In this document: positions 42,017-57,000 of the stretch, one piece after another
Layout of the letters: the number at the start of each line of letters is the position of its first letter
How positions within the stretch are numbered: the first letter of the stretch is position 1
Source of the DNA: Phoronis australis
Taxonomy: Eukaryota; Animalia; Phoronida
Reading direction: 5' to 3'
DNA length: 64,000 nt
Assembly (NCBI GenBank): GCA_002633005.1
Contig: NMRA01000026.1
Coordinates: forward strand, 255,407 to 319,406
Made by a program: the position numbers and the translations under genes
Notes under the pieces: model-generated
What the model was told of the DNA's origin: nothing
Database searches by the model: none
Seen by the model: the letters and a program-made list of their open reading frames with translations, nothing else

Positions 42017-45000
42017 TCCTAAACCCAAAAGAAAGAGGATACCCAGAGCTACCCCTAAAGACCTGCAGAAGGAACAAAATTTTGAAGCCCTGTGGAACGA
42101 GTTGACCCACTTTAAGAGTGAAAGCAAGAACTTAGCTGTAGAAAAGTATGTATAGTCATCTTCACCCTCATAAATGCTAGGTTGTAAATAGATAAGTTGC
42201 TTGATTTCTCCCATTTTTGCCAGTGTTTGATTTTGTTCATTTTACTTGCCTAAGTAACTTTCTAAAACCACTTTGGGGTAATGATGTAGAAACATCGTTT
42301 CTAAAATCTGTTGGTGTATTTACACCAACAACCAACCTATTTACATTCCTATTTACATTCAGTGGCAATGTGAATAGGCTAGGGGTCGGTGTAAATAGAC
42401 CAGTAGATTTTAGAAACGATGTTACTGTAAGGCTGGACTCAACTTGTACCTTTCTAAGAAATATTTTCTAGCTTTTGAAGAGCTGGGGAAAATGTTTTTG
42501 ACTAAATCGAAACAATCATTTGGCCTGCATAGGTCTTCAGACTTTTGGGTTGAAAGTAGGGCTGTTGGAAAAGAGGCTTCTCTGCTTGTCATGCATACAC
42601 TGTTAAGGATTTGAGGATGAAAATGGCGTGGAAAATACAGTACAAGACAAATGTGATCAAACAATATACTGTTTTCCTGTCACGACAGCTAATTCTGCTA
42701 TCGGTTATAACTATTACGAGACAAAATGTCTGAGTCACCTTGCTAACTTTCCTGTTAATTCCCCTTTATTGTTGGTCAAGAAAAAGATAACGCTGACGAT
42801 GAATTTGGCTTCCACCTAGCTATCGTGACGGGGATTCCAGGGTCGTTCTGTCTGAATACATTTGGCTTGCACGTTATGTAACCTGCTGTAAACACACTGC
42901 ATGTTTGTAGGATGAACCTGGAAGAGGAATTGGACAGCTTGCGAGTGCGAGAGAGTCAGGACGCCGCTACAATTCATGAGCTGAAGTTGTGTTTAGAGCA
43001 AGAGAAGGAAGGTAGGGTGTGCGCCGTGGAAACCTGGGCGTCATGGGCTCGTATGGAAATTATTGGGGACCTCGGACATATTTACCTTCTGCAAACTCTG
43101 TACGTCTGGTTTAATTGCCTTGACATCACTTTGCACTTCCCCGCCGTCTCTAGTTTCAAAGCGCATCACCCGGTCACCCCTTCTGTTGACTTATGAATTT
43201 TCTCTTCATCACTTTTCGGGGGATGCTATGTCTCCATAATGCCCCTGAAACTACAAAGTCATGCTGTTTGACAAAATAAATTGCATACTGAAATAAAAGC
43301 AAGTATCTGAAGTCTGTTATGGTACTTCGTGTTAAATTTGAAAATTATTTTTTAAGTCGAGTTTTATTAATTCGTTTCTAACTTTTTACCTCACTCTGTT
43401 AAAGAACTGCAATACTTATTGACAAACCTTGAGGAGAAGGACAGAGAGAGGACATCCAAGGAATTTCTTCAACAAGAAAATGACAAGTTAAACATGAAGG
43501 TAGCGTAATTTCATTATTACATTCCATAAACTGCATTCTCTCAGCGCTTACAGGCCATCTTTTTTTCCAGCATAGAACTGCCATTAATTTTGCTTTGCTT
43601 GCCGAGATTTGCCACATTTCATGGTTTTTCGATTTCTTGCCCTGTCTGTTACCTTGGATTCTGTTTTAGGGGTTCATTTTATTGCAACTATTTTCCATGG
43701 CAAATGATGTATTGAAGTACAGTTCATTGCTGTATTGAGAGGTATGTGAAACATAAATTATACTACTTAGTGTTGGCAACCAACTTAGCTCTGTTTGGGG
43801 TATTCCAGATAAAGGACCAACTACACTCCATTCAACAGCTGGAAGACAAAGTGACTCAACTTGAAGGTGACAATGAAAGGCTACACGATGACAGGAGGTT
43901 ACTATTTAGGCTTTTGTCACTGGCTGGTTCCAGCCTTAACACTTGATGTTATGATGACTACCTGTTTGGGCTGGAAATCTCTTTTTCTAGGGGTGTGGCT
44001 TAGTGATGTATGTAAGCTAAAAGTCTCATTTGACGATTGGTCAAGGCAGCTACTAGGTAAAAGTTCAAGTTTATACTCTGGCCAATGAGAAGACGTTATT
44101 ACAAGAGGCATGGATATACTGTTGACTGACATGAGAGGCGTGGCAATAGGCAATCTCAAGCGTGGAGAGTCTCTAAAATTAAGGCCCACCCCTGAAACTT
44201 TGAAATTTTCACTTTAAACATCCATGTCAATTTCAGCAGTACGTTCCTATATTTGGTCAAGAAATGGCCACTTTTAGAAGTGCGTTCCAATATTTGGTCA
44301 AGAAATAGTTTTGTACTGAGGGTGGCGTGGAGATGTTTTTTTGCCTCATGAGCTGTGCAAAAATGGTGAATTCATTGCATGAGCCAATCAAATGTTTGGG
44401 TAAACACCCATCTACGAGATTTCATAAAGTTCATTTAACGCCCACTCCATGGTTATTAAATTTCCCATTATAAGTTCCCTGAACATTGACTCAGACAAGT
44501 GCAGTGGTTAGTTTATGACCAGTAGAGAATCGGTGTTTTTGTGACTTTGTCAGGTCGTTGAGGTCAGAGGTCAATAATCTTAAGCAAGTGGAATCTCACA
44601 AGAGGATCGAATTGGCGGACTTAAAGGCTGAAGTTACCAGGTGTGTCTTCACAGTGTGGCATCCAACTAGAGAGGTCATTCTTATTCTTAAAGCCACACG
44701 TACCGTTGGTTACTAGGTCAAGGTCAAAAATGCTGAATTCATGCTACAATAAGGGACCATTCTTAAGTGTCGTCATTTTCTTGTTGTGTAGGTAATGAAC
44801 AGTTTTGCGACCCCTAGCCTTCTCTTAAAAGTGTACAAATGTTGTCCTTGGTTGCTTAAACCTGTCAGCCATTATTAAGCTGCCAGGGTGTTCTAGGTTA
44901 AGAACTATGGGGATAATGATATAGCAAAACTGGCGATAATAGCAAATGATCCCAAGTCAAGTTTGAGGTGGATGCTGGATGGACAAATAACCGTTCGCAT

Positions 45001-48000
45001 TATGTGTTATTTGTGAATCCATAAACATGCTTAGAGAAAGCAAAATTTTTGTGAAAATAGCTGGATTCGATGTTCACATCCCACTGCGTGTGGGATGTGT
45101 TTGTGGCTGTGACATTGATTTACGTGTGAATATGATATTGTTCTGCAACTCTGCTTCAATCAATCTCACTAAATAATTTCATCCAGTTAGTGAGTCAATT
45201 ATGATGGAAATTTTGTGAGAAACAATTGAGTACTTACACTAAATAGACTGCTTGTGGCTTTCCCAATAGATGAGGGAAAATCATCATCTCACTGCATAAC
45301 ATTGCCCAAGCTCTGCAGTCTTGCATGTGGAGAACCAGCATGAGGCCTAACAGACCTCAGCCGAAATACCACTGTTCAGTATCAGGTTATCACCATGACA
45401 GCAAAGGAAGTGGGACAAACGTCCACCTTCCTTCGTATCTCGCAAAAGGTCTGTTGAACGTTTTTGAAGGTCAATGGCTGGGGTCATGCTCAGAATGATG
45501 GTTAGGTGGACTTTCAGTCATGTGATGAAGTTCCCCGTCTTGAGCCACGTTATATTTGGTCATAAATGTCAGAATGAGGGTAGTGATCTGCGTCACATGA
45601 CTCCCTGTCCACTTAACCACATTAGGAGGACGACTGCAGGCACTGATGGTCAGAAATGTTCAATTTATTGTTAGTAATCGATTGTGTCTCATGAAATTCG
45701 CCCGATATCTGACTCCAATAAGTTGTGTGTTTCTACAGTTTTGAGCACTGAATAGCGCAGTGATAGTGCAAATAAGTCATTAATCTGTGTTGGTCTTTGG
45801 GTTATTTGCTATGAGTGTATTTTACTGTATGTTTTTATTTTTATTCGAGACTTTCCAAATAAATACTACCACTTCTGCAACTGTTTTTAGTCTAGACTTA
45901 TTCCTCAAGGTCATGGTTTATTTTTGTGTGAGTATAATCATGATTCTCACTTTTCATTGTGAAATTCTTACATTTTGGGACGTCATTGTGTAATTGCAGG
46001 TTGCAGAAACGGTTACATCGTCAACAGTTAGTGATATCTAGGAATCAGTCGAATAACCACCGACGTGTGAAGTCTGTGTCGCCTAAGAAAAGTACACCTT
46101 TGGTGAAAAAGGTATTGTCTCACACCTGTGAGAAACCGTTTGCCAGTGTTGACTGGACTTTTTTAGATTGTTTATGCGATTTCAATGGAAGTTGAAGACA
46201 CACAATCCTCTGGAAGAAAGATTGTTGCAAGTACGCAAAACTTAAAGATGAGGATGTTTTGTTTGTTACATCTCGTCTTGTCTTTCTAGTACTTGTAAGT
46301 TTATTAACTAACTGCGCATTACTTAACAGCGTAACGTTTAATCTATGACGTCATTGTTTACAGAGCCTTTCCACGCCGGTTTCCTGTGTGGAACAACCAA
46401 GGGTGAAATTTTGCTTTGAATTGTGTTCTTTTATTTAAGTTTTATTAATGATTTACAATTTTTTCTACTTGGATGTCTGTCCACATTCTGTTTCTAAAAT
46501 ATGTGTCTTGCTTAAATTTTAACTTTAATAAGAAACGGACATCTTAAATTTCATGTTACTGCTGTTTGCTACCTTCGTACGACTCCACATGATAAACGTT
46601 GTCAAAATTTTATAATTCTCATCAATGACACCAGTGGCAGATTTAGAGGGGGGCCAAGGGGGCCATGGCCCTCCCTAAAATTCTCCAAGATTGCGTTGGG
46701 CAGTTCGGGACTGCCAATGTCTGACAGGCAAAATTCTGGCTAATACTCCGCCCTGGCCCCCCCTAACTCAAAATCCTGGATCCGCCCATGGACGCACCTT
46801 TTTCTTCCAAGTAATTAGATAAATCATTACCTTGGAAATTGGTTGACGTCTTCATCAGTTATGTCTTCCAATAGGTGGCACTGCAGACTGTAGTGCATTT
46901 TACAGAGTACGTATGTGGTGAATGTCCTCATTTTTACTTGACACAGCTTTGCCGTCTGCTTAATTTTGTTGTATTTATGTAATGAGAACTGTTTGTGATT
47001 AAGCAGACGACAACGTCTACGAGCATACTGAGATGAGAGTCATTACTTAAAGTAAGATGGTGTTTCAGTTGTCTAAAGAACCTAGCAAGGCAGACGTTGG
47101 TCGTCTTTCTACGGTAATTCTTTGTACAGTGCAGATGGAAAACTGAAAAACTAAACCTTAGTGTTATGTAGGGCCGTATCACCAAGCCTGTGCATTCAGC
47201 CAAATATATGCAATACTTTAACTCTGTCAGTAAAAGTACTGACAGTAGAAAGTCCATGAACTTTGGTTTTGCCTTGATATCAATCTGTCATTGATTAGGT
47301 CACGTGACCATGTCTTCTTTAGCAAAAAGGAAAGGACAAATTCATAGCAGACGGCATCCCTAATTTTATCAAATTTCATTCATTAAATATTCAAGATGAA
47401 ATTTCAAAAACACTGACAGTTTTCCAAATTGGTATTTTGGTTTCGTTAGTTTTATGCAAATTTCATGCTTTCAAACAAGATTCGTAAAAGTCCAAGTACC
47501 TGTATTTGGTAGCTCCTCTTCCTAAGTAGATCATTTTGTAACAGAAGTTCTAACAGCGTTTCTAAAGTAAAGCACAGTATGTCAAAGTCACATTTGAATC
47601 CAATCAGTCATCTCTAAGACACGTTTTTGCCAAATTTGGACATTTTTCTCGGGTTGTACTTAAGCTTCGTATCCTCAAGATCTATAGAGAATTTTTTGAA
47701 CGATGCAACGTGACGATTGCGATTGTCGTAATTGTGTGAATATGGTGTTGCAGTACAAGCGAAAGCTGAACCGGTCAATAGAACAGATGAGTGCCATATT
47801 TGACGAGTTTGACAACAAAGACTGGGAGGAGCTTAGTGCCAGTACCTCAGACAGGTAACAAGAGATTGTTAAAGCCACAAAACGTGTGCTCTTAGAACCA
47901 CAGAATAAAATTTACTTTTTCTGCAATATCTGATGTTACAAACTGAGTTTCGAACTAGATCATCTAAATTTGTCTGAGCTTGTTTGATATCAGAGTTGGG

Positions 48001-51000
48001 AAGTAATTTTCAGGCAGGAGCAAGTCCTCAATTGTGCACTGACTTGTGGGAAGTGTTGCTGAGATATCCTAATAACACACATAGTGCACCAAATGGTACT
48101 TTATTGTATGTTTACCCTTTAGCCTATGGAGTAACATACTGCGGGCTTGGGAAGACATCAGTGGAGACTAAAACCATACTAGACCGTGGTTTTTAAAGTT
48201 CCGTGCAATGCCATTCCGTTCCTTAATACGTGTGATAAAACCATGAATTGAATCATAGTGGAGCTCTTTGATTGTTACATTGGGAAAATCCATCATCGCA
48301 AACTTTATGTAAGTTTGGCTTGACCTAATCAGTGTTGAGTGAGACTTCAATAGTTTTTCAGAGAACGTGTAAAAACATTGCTACCTAATTCTAAGTACTA
48401 TGTATATCTGGTAAAAATCCAACATCGTTGCTAGGGATTCTGGCGACAGCGATATTGACAGTACTAACAGCTTGGGAGAGCGTATTGTCAAGACTGCTGT
48501 CTATAGGCAACCTGTGACCAGCTCACCCAAGAAGGTGGAGCCCCCTATTGGAGACTCTAGTCCAATCAGTGATATTGACAGTGGGTCTGACTACAAAAAA
48601 GGTATTTGTTTTAATGAAATATTTAAGTCATGCACAGCATTGCTGTCACCTGCAAAGACTGTTTTTGAATCGAAAATGAAATATTTTTGTTTATTTTAGG
48701 ATTTCATGATGGACCAAGCGGTGTTCAGTAATTGTTTTGGGGGTTAAATTTATTAGGTTAACAAAGGAGGTACTTATCTAAGCCTTTTTACTGCTGCTCG
48801 ATTTCTTATGTTACAGTATTACGATTGAAGCCATTTTTCTGTGTCCTGCAAACTTTCCATGTTCACTCATTTTCTCAGGGCTTAGCATTTTTCTCTGTCG
48901 CTCAAAATAATGTGCGTACTTTCATACTTGGCCAAACTTGACTAAATGTTTTGCCAGAATTATTTGCCTGAGTTTAGTTAAACTTTTGTAGCAAAAATAT
49001 TATTTATTCAAACTTTTATCAGAGTTTAATGTCATTTTACAGTACCTAGTCACGTGTGTACTTGCGCATCAGGGAAAAAGCATCGTCTTTTCATATTTTG
49101 TTGAGATTTAGTTATGATTAAATTGGATTCTAGTGGCAAATAAGTGAATACTTAGTCGCAGTTTCAGGCACTGAAAATTTTTCAAATTTTGGCATTGTCC
49201 AGTTTTATATAATAGATTGTTCATTGTCTTTTGATGTCATGTTAAAAATATGTAAAATTAACTCACTTGGGCCCTGTCTCCCAGCGAGTGAGTTTACATA
49301 TTTTTGGACATTTTCCAGCCTATTTTGATCATTTACACTCCTTAGAATTGGTACTTGGGCAAGATCGAGCCCCATTATCTGAGACATGTTAACTTGAAAG
49401 TTTTGACTTTCAGGTATGTAGTCCTGTGTTGTATTTTTTGTAAAATGTTGACGAATTTTTAACTTTATTGAATTCATGACGATAAAGTAAGATGGAACCA
49501 ATTGAGAACATTGTTGTGATAAATTAGTTTAAAATTACCTAATTTTTTTCTCCTGAAACTCTGCTGATTTTTAGTGTGAGATGAGAATTCGTAATTTTTT
49601 TTAAAAAATTTGTATGTACATACATGACAGTTGCAGGCAAACGTGATATTGCCACGTCCCCCATAAGGGTCAACCCAGGTCGCGTGCAAAAGAAGAGGAC
49701 AGTGTACACGGCCAATCATAGCTCAGGTCAGTTGGGTCCGCTCAAACAGAGGCTGGGGTCACTGCAGGCTCAGGTGACTGCCCTTCGCACTGACCGGTCA
49801 AACTTGTCCAAGAACACTGCTGAACTTCAGCAGCAGAACGACCAGTTACAGACGGAGCTGGCAGCAACCAATCAGAGGGCAAAAATGAACAAACAGACGA
49901 TTCAGGTAGATGGCGCTATTGAAAGGTCTCAATATTGTAGAAATTGTTTTTTGGATTTAGCTCGCAAATTTAGTGTGGACAGATACATTTGATGAGCTGA
50001 CCCTTTGAAGGAGTGTGTGAAATACCTGTACTGTATGTGTGTATGTGTGTGTTAGTGCGCCACCTGTAGGTCTGGCAGCTTTGAACAGATGGTGGTTTTT
50101 CCAATTTTCTGGTGTACATATGTGTATGTACTCTGAAAGCAGGTCGTGGAAATTTGACAACTTGCTTGTCTCTTCTAATACTCCACGAGATTATTTTTGC
50201 ACACACAAAATAATAATGCACTCCTGTCCTGTTTGTGTACTGTTTGTCTATTTTCATTAATTGAATATTCTTGGTAGAAATTGACCTCTGACCTCGAGAG
50301 ACTCCAGTGTGAGAAGGACGACCTTGAGAGACAGTTAGCCATGAAGGTGCACGTTCCAGAGAGGGAGCATGATATTCGGAATACTCAGGATTGGCAAAGA
50401 ATGGAGCAAAGGTTAAAGGTCAGAGGCGGGGATATTCTGAATTATCGTTATTGTTTGATAATTGGTTTCTTCAAATTCTCAGCAGATTCTGAATATATGG
50501 TAAAAAATCCAATTAGGGGCAATCTCTCGAATTTGGGACACTGAAATTCTCACAAAAATTGAATATTCTTTGATTTTGGAATTTGGGACAAGAGCAGTTT
50601 TAGCTTCACCATATTTCTCATATTTCGGACCATGGGTTTTCAATTTACGGAGTGGGTAATTTTGCTTCTTTCAGTGATTCTTGAATTTGGGACGGCTAGT
50701 ATTGTTTACTTGTAAAATTTGGGACAAGCTCCGACCTTGAGATTTTTCAGTCTCAAATTGCAGAGTTTTTGTCGTACATTACAATAAAGTGGAATAAGTA
50801 CACGTTAAAACATTGTCAATGTTTGTAAGCCAACAAGTCACGTCTAATTTGACTGACGATATGTTAGCAGTAAATGGTCGGAATCAAAAGTTAGTATTTC
50901 TGACAAAGGTGGGTGTTTAGCAGCCACTTTAAATGTTTTACATGCACGTGTCAAAGGTAAACTTACGGTTGATTTAAATTCCAAAAGGTAAGTGAAGGAA

Positions 51001-54000
51001 ATATATCGTTTGCAAGTTATGAGGATCAAACTAGATTTTGCTCGAAATTTCAACAAAGCAAAATAACGTGCATTTCACCTATGGCTTGTAGATGATGACA
51101 GCACTTGTGTGTGTGCTCATGGTCACATGTTCAAATCTGGGTTAAAACTTGGCCAAATACGATGGAAATTAAAACTACTGACTCTGGAGTGATTGGCTGA
51201 TTTTTCCTGATAATGAAATCGGGTCACGGTTAATTTCAAATTTTTGGTGGAGAAGGAGATTTTCTTTTAACAAGCGCAATGGTCTTATGTTTTAGTGTTT
51301 AAGGGTTTGTAGGATTTTTGAAAAAAAAATGAATTTGTCTAAATTCAGAACATCATATCTCAGAAATGGCCGATTGAATTCTGAAACTTTCAGATACTCT
51401 GTTCTATCTACTATTTTTTAAAACGCTTGTAGGAATTGTTTTTATAATTTTCAACTTTTGCATGAAGGGCTATCCAAAGATAGGAATTTTATTATGATTT
51501 TTATCAAGAAGTTTCATGAAACGCGATGATAATTTAGAAAACTATATCAGCGTTTTTGAAATTTCATCATGAATATTCATTACATCAAATGAAATTTGGT
51601 CATGTTATTGTTGCCATTGTTTTGTTACGACTACACTTTTTACTAAAATTCACTGAAAAAACGTGGTAACGTGACCTATTAATAGGTAGTTTGATATAAA
51701 GTCAAAACTCGAATATTACATGCTTTGTACATTTAGAAAATATGTAGTAATTTTTACTAAGAAAAAAAAAGTTTAATTCTATGGTTTGGAGATGTTTAGC
51801 TAAATGCATGTGACTTGTTAGTGTTATTCTGCATCATGCTAATTAATGCTAACTTTATGTTAATGCAGGCATCACAGGCCGAAGTGTCCAGGCAGTCGGG
51901 TGTCAACCGTAATCTACGAGAGGAGAACATGGCGTTCGAGGAACAAATCTCTTCCATGAGGGAAAAGTAAAATTTTATGTCTTTGGTTGTGTTGTTATAA
52001 ATAAGTGTGTATTATGTAACCTGGGGCTTTCTGCTAATTGACCTATCGCAAGTTCCGCCCCTATGCGAAAAGTCACGTGATACCCGACATTCGAACGAGA
52101 TGTCAGAGGCAAATACACTGTCGCTAAACGACGTTCCTGGTGGAATCGATGAGTGTTTTTGCACTATTTGAAAACGCTTCGACAGAGACAAGAGGCGATG
52201 CTTTTCAACAGAGAATCGTACGTTCATGATATGGGAATTTGTAAAGGTGACGATGCGAAAATGGCTCGAAATGCAATTGTATGTACACAGGCGGCCCGAA
52301 AGTTGCAGGGGCCTGGGATGCAGACCTTTTGACCTTCTGTTCAGAAAATCTATCGGTGGACTAAAAAAAACCAGGAACACGATTCCGCCGCGATCTGGGG
52401 TCTGAGCCCCCCTCATCCGCTACCGGTCCTAGATACTGAACTCAATATTTCCTCACGCTTCACGCTCTTGCTGTTTCATTTTGCTTGCGGGGGTGGGGGC
52501 AGGGGTCCCAGCCCCCACCCCTTAAATCCGCCTATGGAATTGTCCGTTTGCACCATTAAGACATTTAAATTAGGCCTACCTTCTTACGAACTTGGCATTT
52601 TTTTGTAGTTTCATTCCATAAAGGTAGCTTTCATTTAATTTTGAAGGTAGCATAATTACTAAGTCGTGGTATGGTTACAACTTGAAAGATTACAAGCCTG
52701 GTGTGGTAGCTGCAAAAATAGGGTATTTACAAAAATAACTCAAATTCTTTTTTAAAGCTTCATAAATCTAAATATCATGTCTGAACAATTTCAAAATGAG
52801 CTCTGTCTAACTCTACAGACATAATGTATACTAGAGGTACACGTCAAAAAGTAATTCAACAGTTTATGTTTAGTGACAACAGCTCGACCAAGGCTTTGAC
52901 TTACCGGCAGTAATCCAGTGCCCCTCCCTGCATTCATGTGCAGATCGAATCTCTGAATTTTGACCGGGAGAGAAGTTCAGCTGAACGCCAGCCTACGGGT
53001 TTATGAATAACAAAAACTTACCTCTGTTAGGTTGAAATAAATAAAAAAAAATAAAATAAAAATGTCCTTGAAAACAACAATTTCCGGGGACTATACCGCT
53101 AGAGTGCTGAGATCCAGCAGGTGTCGAGACAAAGGCGGCCAGACGTAGAAAACTCGGGAATCACAATCTGAGATAGCCCTTCACCATAAAGCCACCAAGC
53201 TGAAAAGTGCGTATCTTGGAACTAATATATTTGTGTTTATTATAGCCTTCGAGTTATCAAGCAACATCGCTAAGTTCAGCTGCTCGTGCGGCCGTAGGAC
53301 CTACAGTTTCATCCATAGTTTACGCTTTTCAACATCAGTTTTCGGCTTAGGACATGCCAAAAAATGACGGGATATTATTCTGGAGCAGCATAACGGCTGT
53401 CGGTGCTACACACGCCATATCAACACCGTTTCCCCATTCTTAGCGGACAATTTCTTGAGCTATAGACTAAAGTAGGGTTTACTCAACTACGTGTGGTTTG
53501 TCGGGTATAATGGCGGCTTGGAAACGCAGACGAAGGTGTGCCAAGAATGCTTTGTTCTGATTGGTCAATTAAGCCGTCCGTCATAATCTTGGCGATCGGT
53601 CAATTGTGCAGATACTTTAGTCCACTGGGCCATCAGGACCACCAATGGATTGGATTTCTATAATCGACCAGTGGTCCCAATGCCTCTGTGGACTAGAGTG
53701 TCTGCATGGTTAGCAGAAAGACCCAGGTTCAAGGCCCAGTCGAGACAGATCTTCTGACTTAACTATAGGTCACGTGATGTGGCCAACATATGGTGTGTAT
53801 GGGGACTAATAATTCTTACTAAGTGAAAGACGTTTTATTTATTATCCTGTTTGTTTTACTGGTTTCTCATTTTCAGTGTCTTACTGGTATACTTTAGGAA
53901 AGAATCACGACTTTTAGTTTTTGGTGTATGTTATGTAATATTAATCTTACTCCTTGGTTTTGTGCTCTCTCATGTTATGGTTGATGAAATGCTTTCAGTC

Positions 54001-57000
54001 AATGTTATTTTGTTATTATTCAAAGGTGCTACAAACTGACCTTCTGTAAAAAAGTTTAACATTTGATTTAGACTGCTTGTGAAACTAGTCTCATTTTGTT
54101 CGTTACTCACATAAGAACGGTTTTAGAGTTTGGAAAGATCCGACGGTTTGTTATTGCTCGAAGCAATGCTCGTTGCATAAAATGACCAGCCTAATCAAGC
54201 CAAGTTCTGTAATCATGGTAACTGTCCTAAATAAAGTTATTTTTATGGTTGGTTGGTTGTTTTGTAGCTCCTTTAACAACATATTTGCATGGCCAGAAAC
54301 CTTTGAATTGCTCTACAGTTCTACCTCTTGTAGTCTTGATGTACACTAACTTTGTTGTCACCACAATAATTGTATTAATTATATCTTGCAGAATAAATCG
54401 CTTGGAGAGAGACATATCTCAGAAGAGAATTCTTCTGGATGACTTTCGGCTCAAACTGAAACTGTCTCACGAGAGTGCCCGGTCAGAAATTATAAACATG
54501 GTAAGAATTTAATCTCTTGCTGTGAATTCAGCACGAGCAGGAAAACAAATATTTTCAGACTTGATCTTTAAGGTTTTAGTTGTGACCGCCAGGTGGCGTG
54601 CGGAGCAGATTATGGAATGTTTTCCAATAGAATTGACTGCTGATTTATTCACCCATTTGCCATCAAATAACGGGATTAATATCAAAGATTTAGCTATTGA
54701 TTAAATGTGTTAAAAGTGATAACATCTTCAAACATCTCAATAGACCCTAGCTGTCGAGTAGCAAGTTCACCTGCTTGGGATGATCGAAATTACCAAGCAT
54801 ATCAAAAGTCTCAAATTCACTAATGCTTTTAAAAATGGTTCCATTAAGATCCCAGACAGAATTTTTGTGTTTACTGCTTGCCCTCACAGCTCGAGTGGGT
54901 AACAGTCTATTCAAACCAGCTTTTTGTCCCTGAAGTGCCCAAGATTCTGCACGGCCATTTTGTGTTTTGATTTTAGGCTGGTATTTAATTGACATTATAA
55001 ATTGGTGGTTGTTCCTGATATTATAGTAGGATTCACCCATTTGCCACCAAATAACGGGTTTAATATCTAAGATTTAGCTAAATAAATTAAATGTGTTAAA
55101 AGTGATAACATCTTCGAACATCTCAATAGACCCTAGCTGTCGAGTAGCAAGCTCACCTGCTTGGGATGATCGAAATTACCAAGCATATCAAAAGTCTCAA
55201 ATTCAATAATACTTTTAAAAATGGTTCCATTAATATCCCAGACAGAATTTTTGTGTTTACTGCTTGCCCTCACAGCTCGAGTGGGTAACAGTCTATTCAA
55301 ACCAGCTTTTTGTCCCTGAAGTCCCCAAGATTCTGCACGGCCATTTTGTGTTTTGATTTTAGGCTGGTATTTAATTGACATTATAAATTGGTGGTTGTTC
55401 CTGGTATTATAGTAGGATTCACCCATTTGCCACCAAATAACGGGATTAATATCTAAGATTTAGCTAAATAAATTAAATGTGTTAAAAGTGATAACATCTT
55501 CAAACATCTCAATAGACCCTAGCTGTCGAGTAGCAAGATCACCTGCTTGGGATGATCGAAATTACCAAGCATATCAAAAGTCTCAAATTCACTAATACTT
55601 TTAAAAATGGTTCCATTAATATCCCAGACAGAATTTTTGTGTTTACTGCTTGCCCTCACAGCTCGAGTGGGTAACAGTCTATTCAAACCAGCTTTTTGTC
55701 CCTGAAGTGCCCAAGATTCTGCACGGCCATTTTGTGTTTTGATTTTCAGGCTGGTATTTAATTGACATTATAAATTGGTGGTTCTTCCTGATATTACGCA
55801 ATGACATCGTGGAGCGTCTGGAATTTTCTAGATGCTTCAACCACCAGTTTTGTCACCAAAAACTTGCTTGTTGTCAGTTGGCAACCTTGACCTTGACCTT
55901 GACCTTATTACCACTGTATGTGCCTTTGAAAGATGTAAGTAAAGAGTGTAATTAATTTGTTTTACAGGGCGACTTGGAAGGTAAAGTGCGCTCACTCACA
56001 GAAGTTAGTGACAGGCTGAAAACACAGGTAGGTGATGGAAGGTACTTGTTAAAACCAAAGTCATTGTTTGTTGTCCCTTTGTTTTCAGTTGTCAGTGCTC
56101 GTAACAAAATGTTGACGTGTTCCCTTCAGACTGTTTTTACTACTGTCAAACATCTTTGTAATCCAAAATTTAGGACACCGTATGCTGAATATTCTTTGAT
56201 TGATAAAGGTGTTCATTATGTTTCAAAATTATGGCCGTGTCCCCAAATTTTGTTGGAAAGTAGTTTTCGTTATTTGTCAATAATTCCCATGGTTTTATTG
56301 TGTTTGTGCTTTACTGTGAAATATTTCTGCTTATGTTTTACATACTCGCTTATGGAACACAATACGCCAGTCGTGTGAAATTCTTTTTCCAAATTTTGCA
56401 ACAGAGATAAGTATGATAAATAGAAAGACATTTTAACTCATTCGTAGGTTTGATAGTACAGCTGTCATAGACCCACATGTGGTGAAAGTGGGAACAGATT
56501 TAGCAGTGAAAGGGGCATTTGTTTTTGAAAACGGCAAAATGACAATTTCAGCTGTCGTATTTGTTAGAATTTGATAAAATTGCAGCAGTAGCTTGAGCAC
56601 TCATCTTTGTATAATGACCTTAGTTGACCTTGGTCATGGACAGGGGGAAAAGTTGGTTGTCTCTGCCTGTTTGTGTCTTACCAGTTGTATTGATACAAGC
56701 TGCCAACCATACTGTAGTACATTTGTCTTCCACAGAACAAGTCTTTAGAAACTCGTCTTCAGGTTGTTAGTAAAGAGAAGAAGGAATATGAAGAATCTTA
56801 TTACAAAGTGTCTTCAGATCTGGAGAAAAAGGTAAGAACGCCCTAAATAGTGCCAATGATGAAAATGAAAAGCTGATCACATGCATAAGGGCGTTTATGG
56901 GATAAGGGCTCCAATGGCAGGTTGCGACTCGTTTCTTTAAATTTTCAGATGATTTTTAAAAATAGTGATTGTCCTTTCTTATGCTGTTTTTAATTTATTT

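Noticed and set aside
54747-55426. Repeated 97-aa minus-strand ORFs
   Set aside because: They are by-products of the 386-bp tandem repeat and are broken in the third unit.
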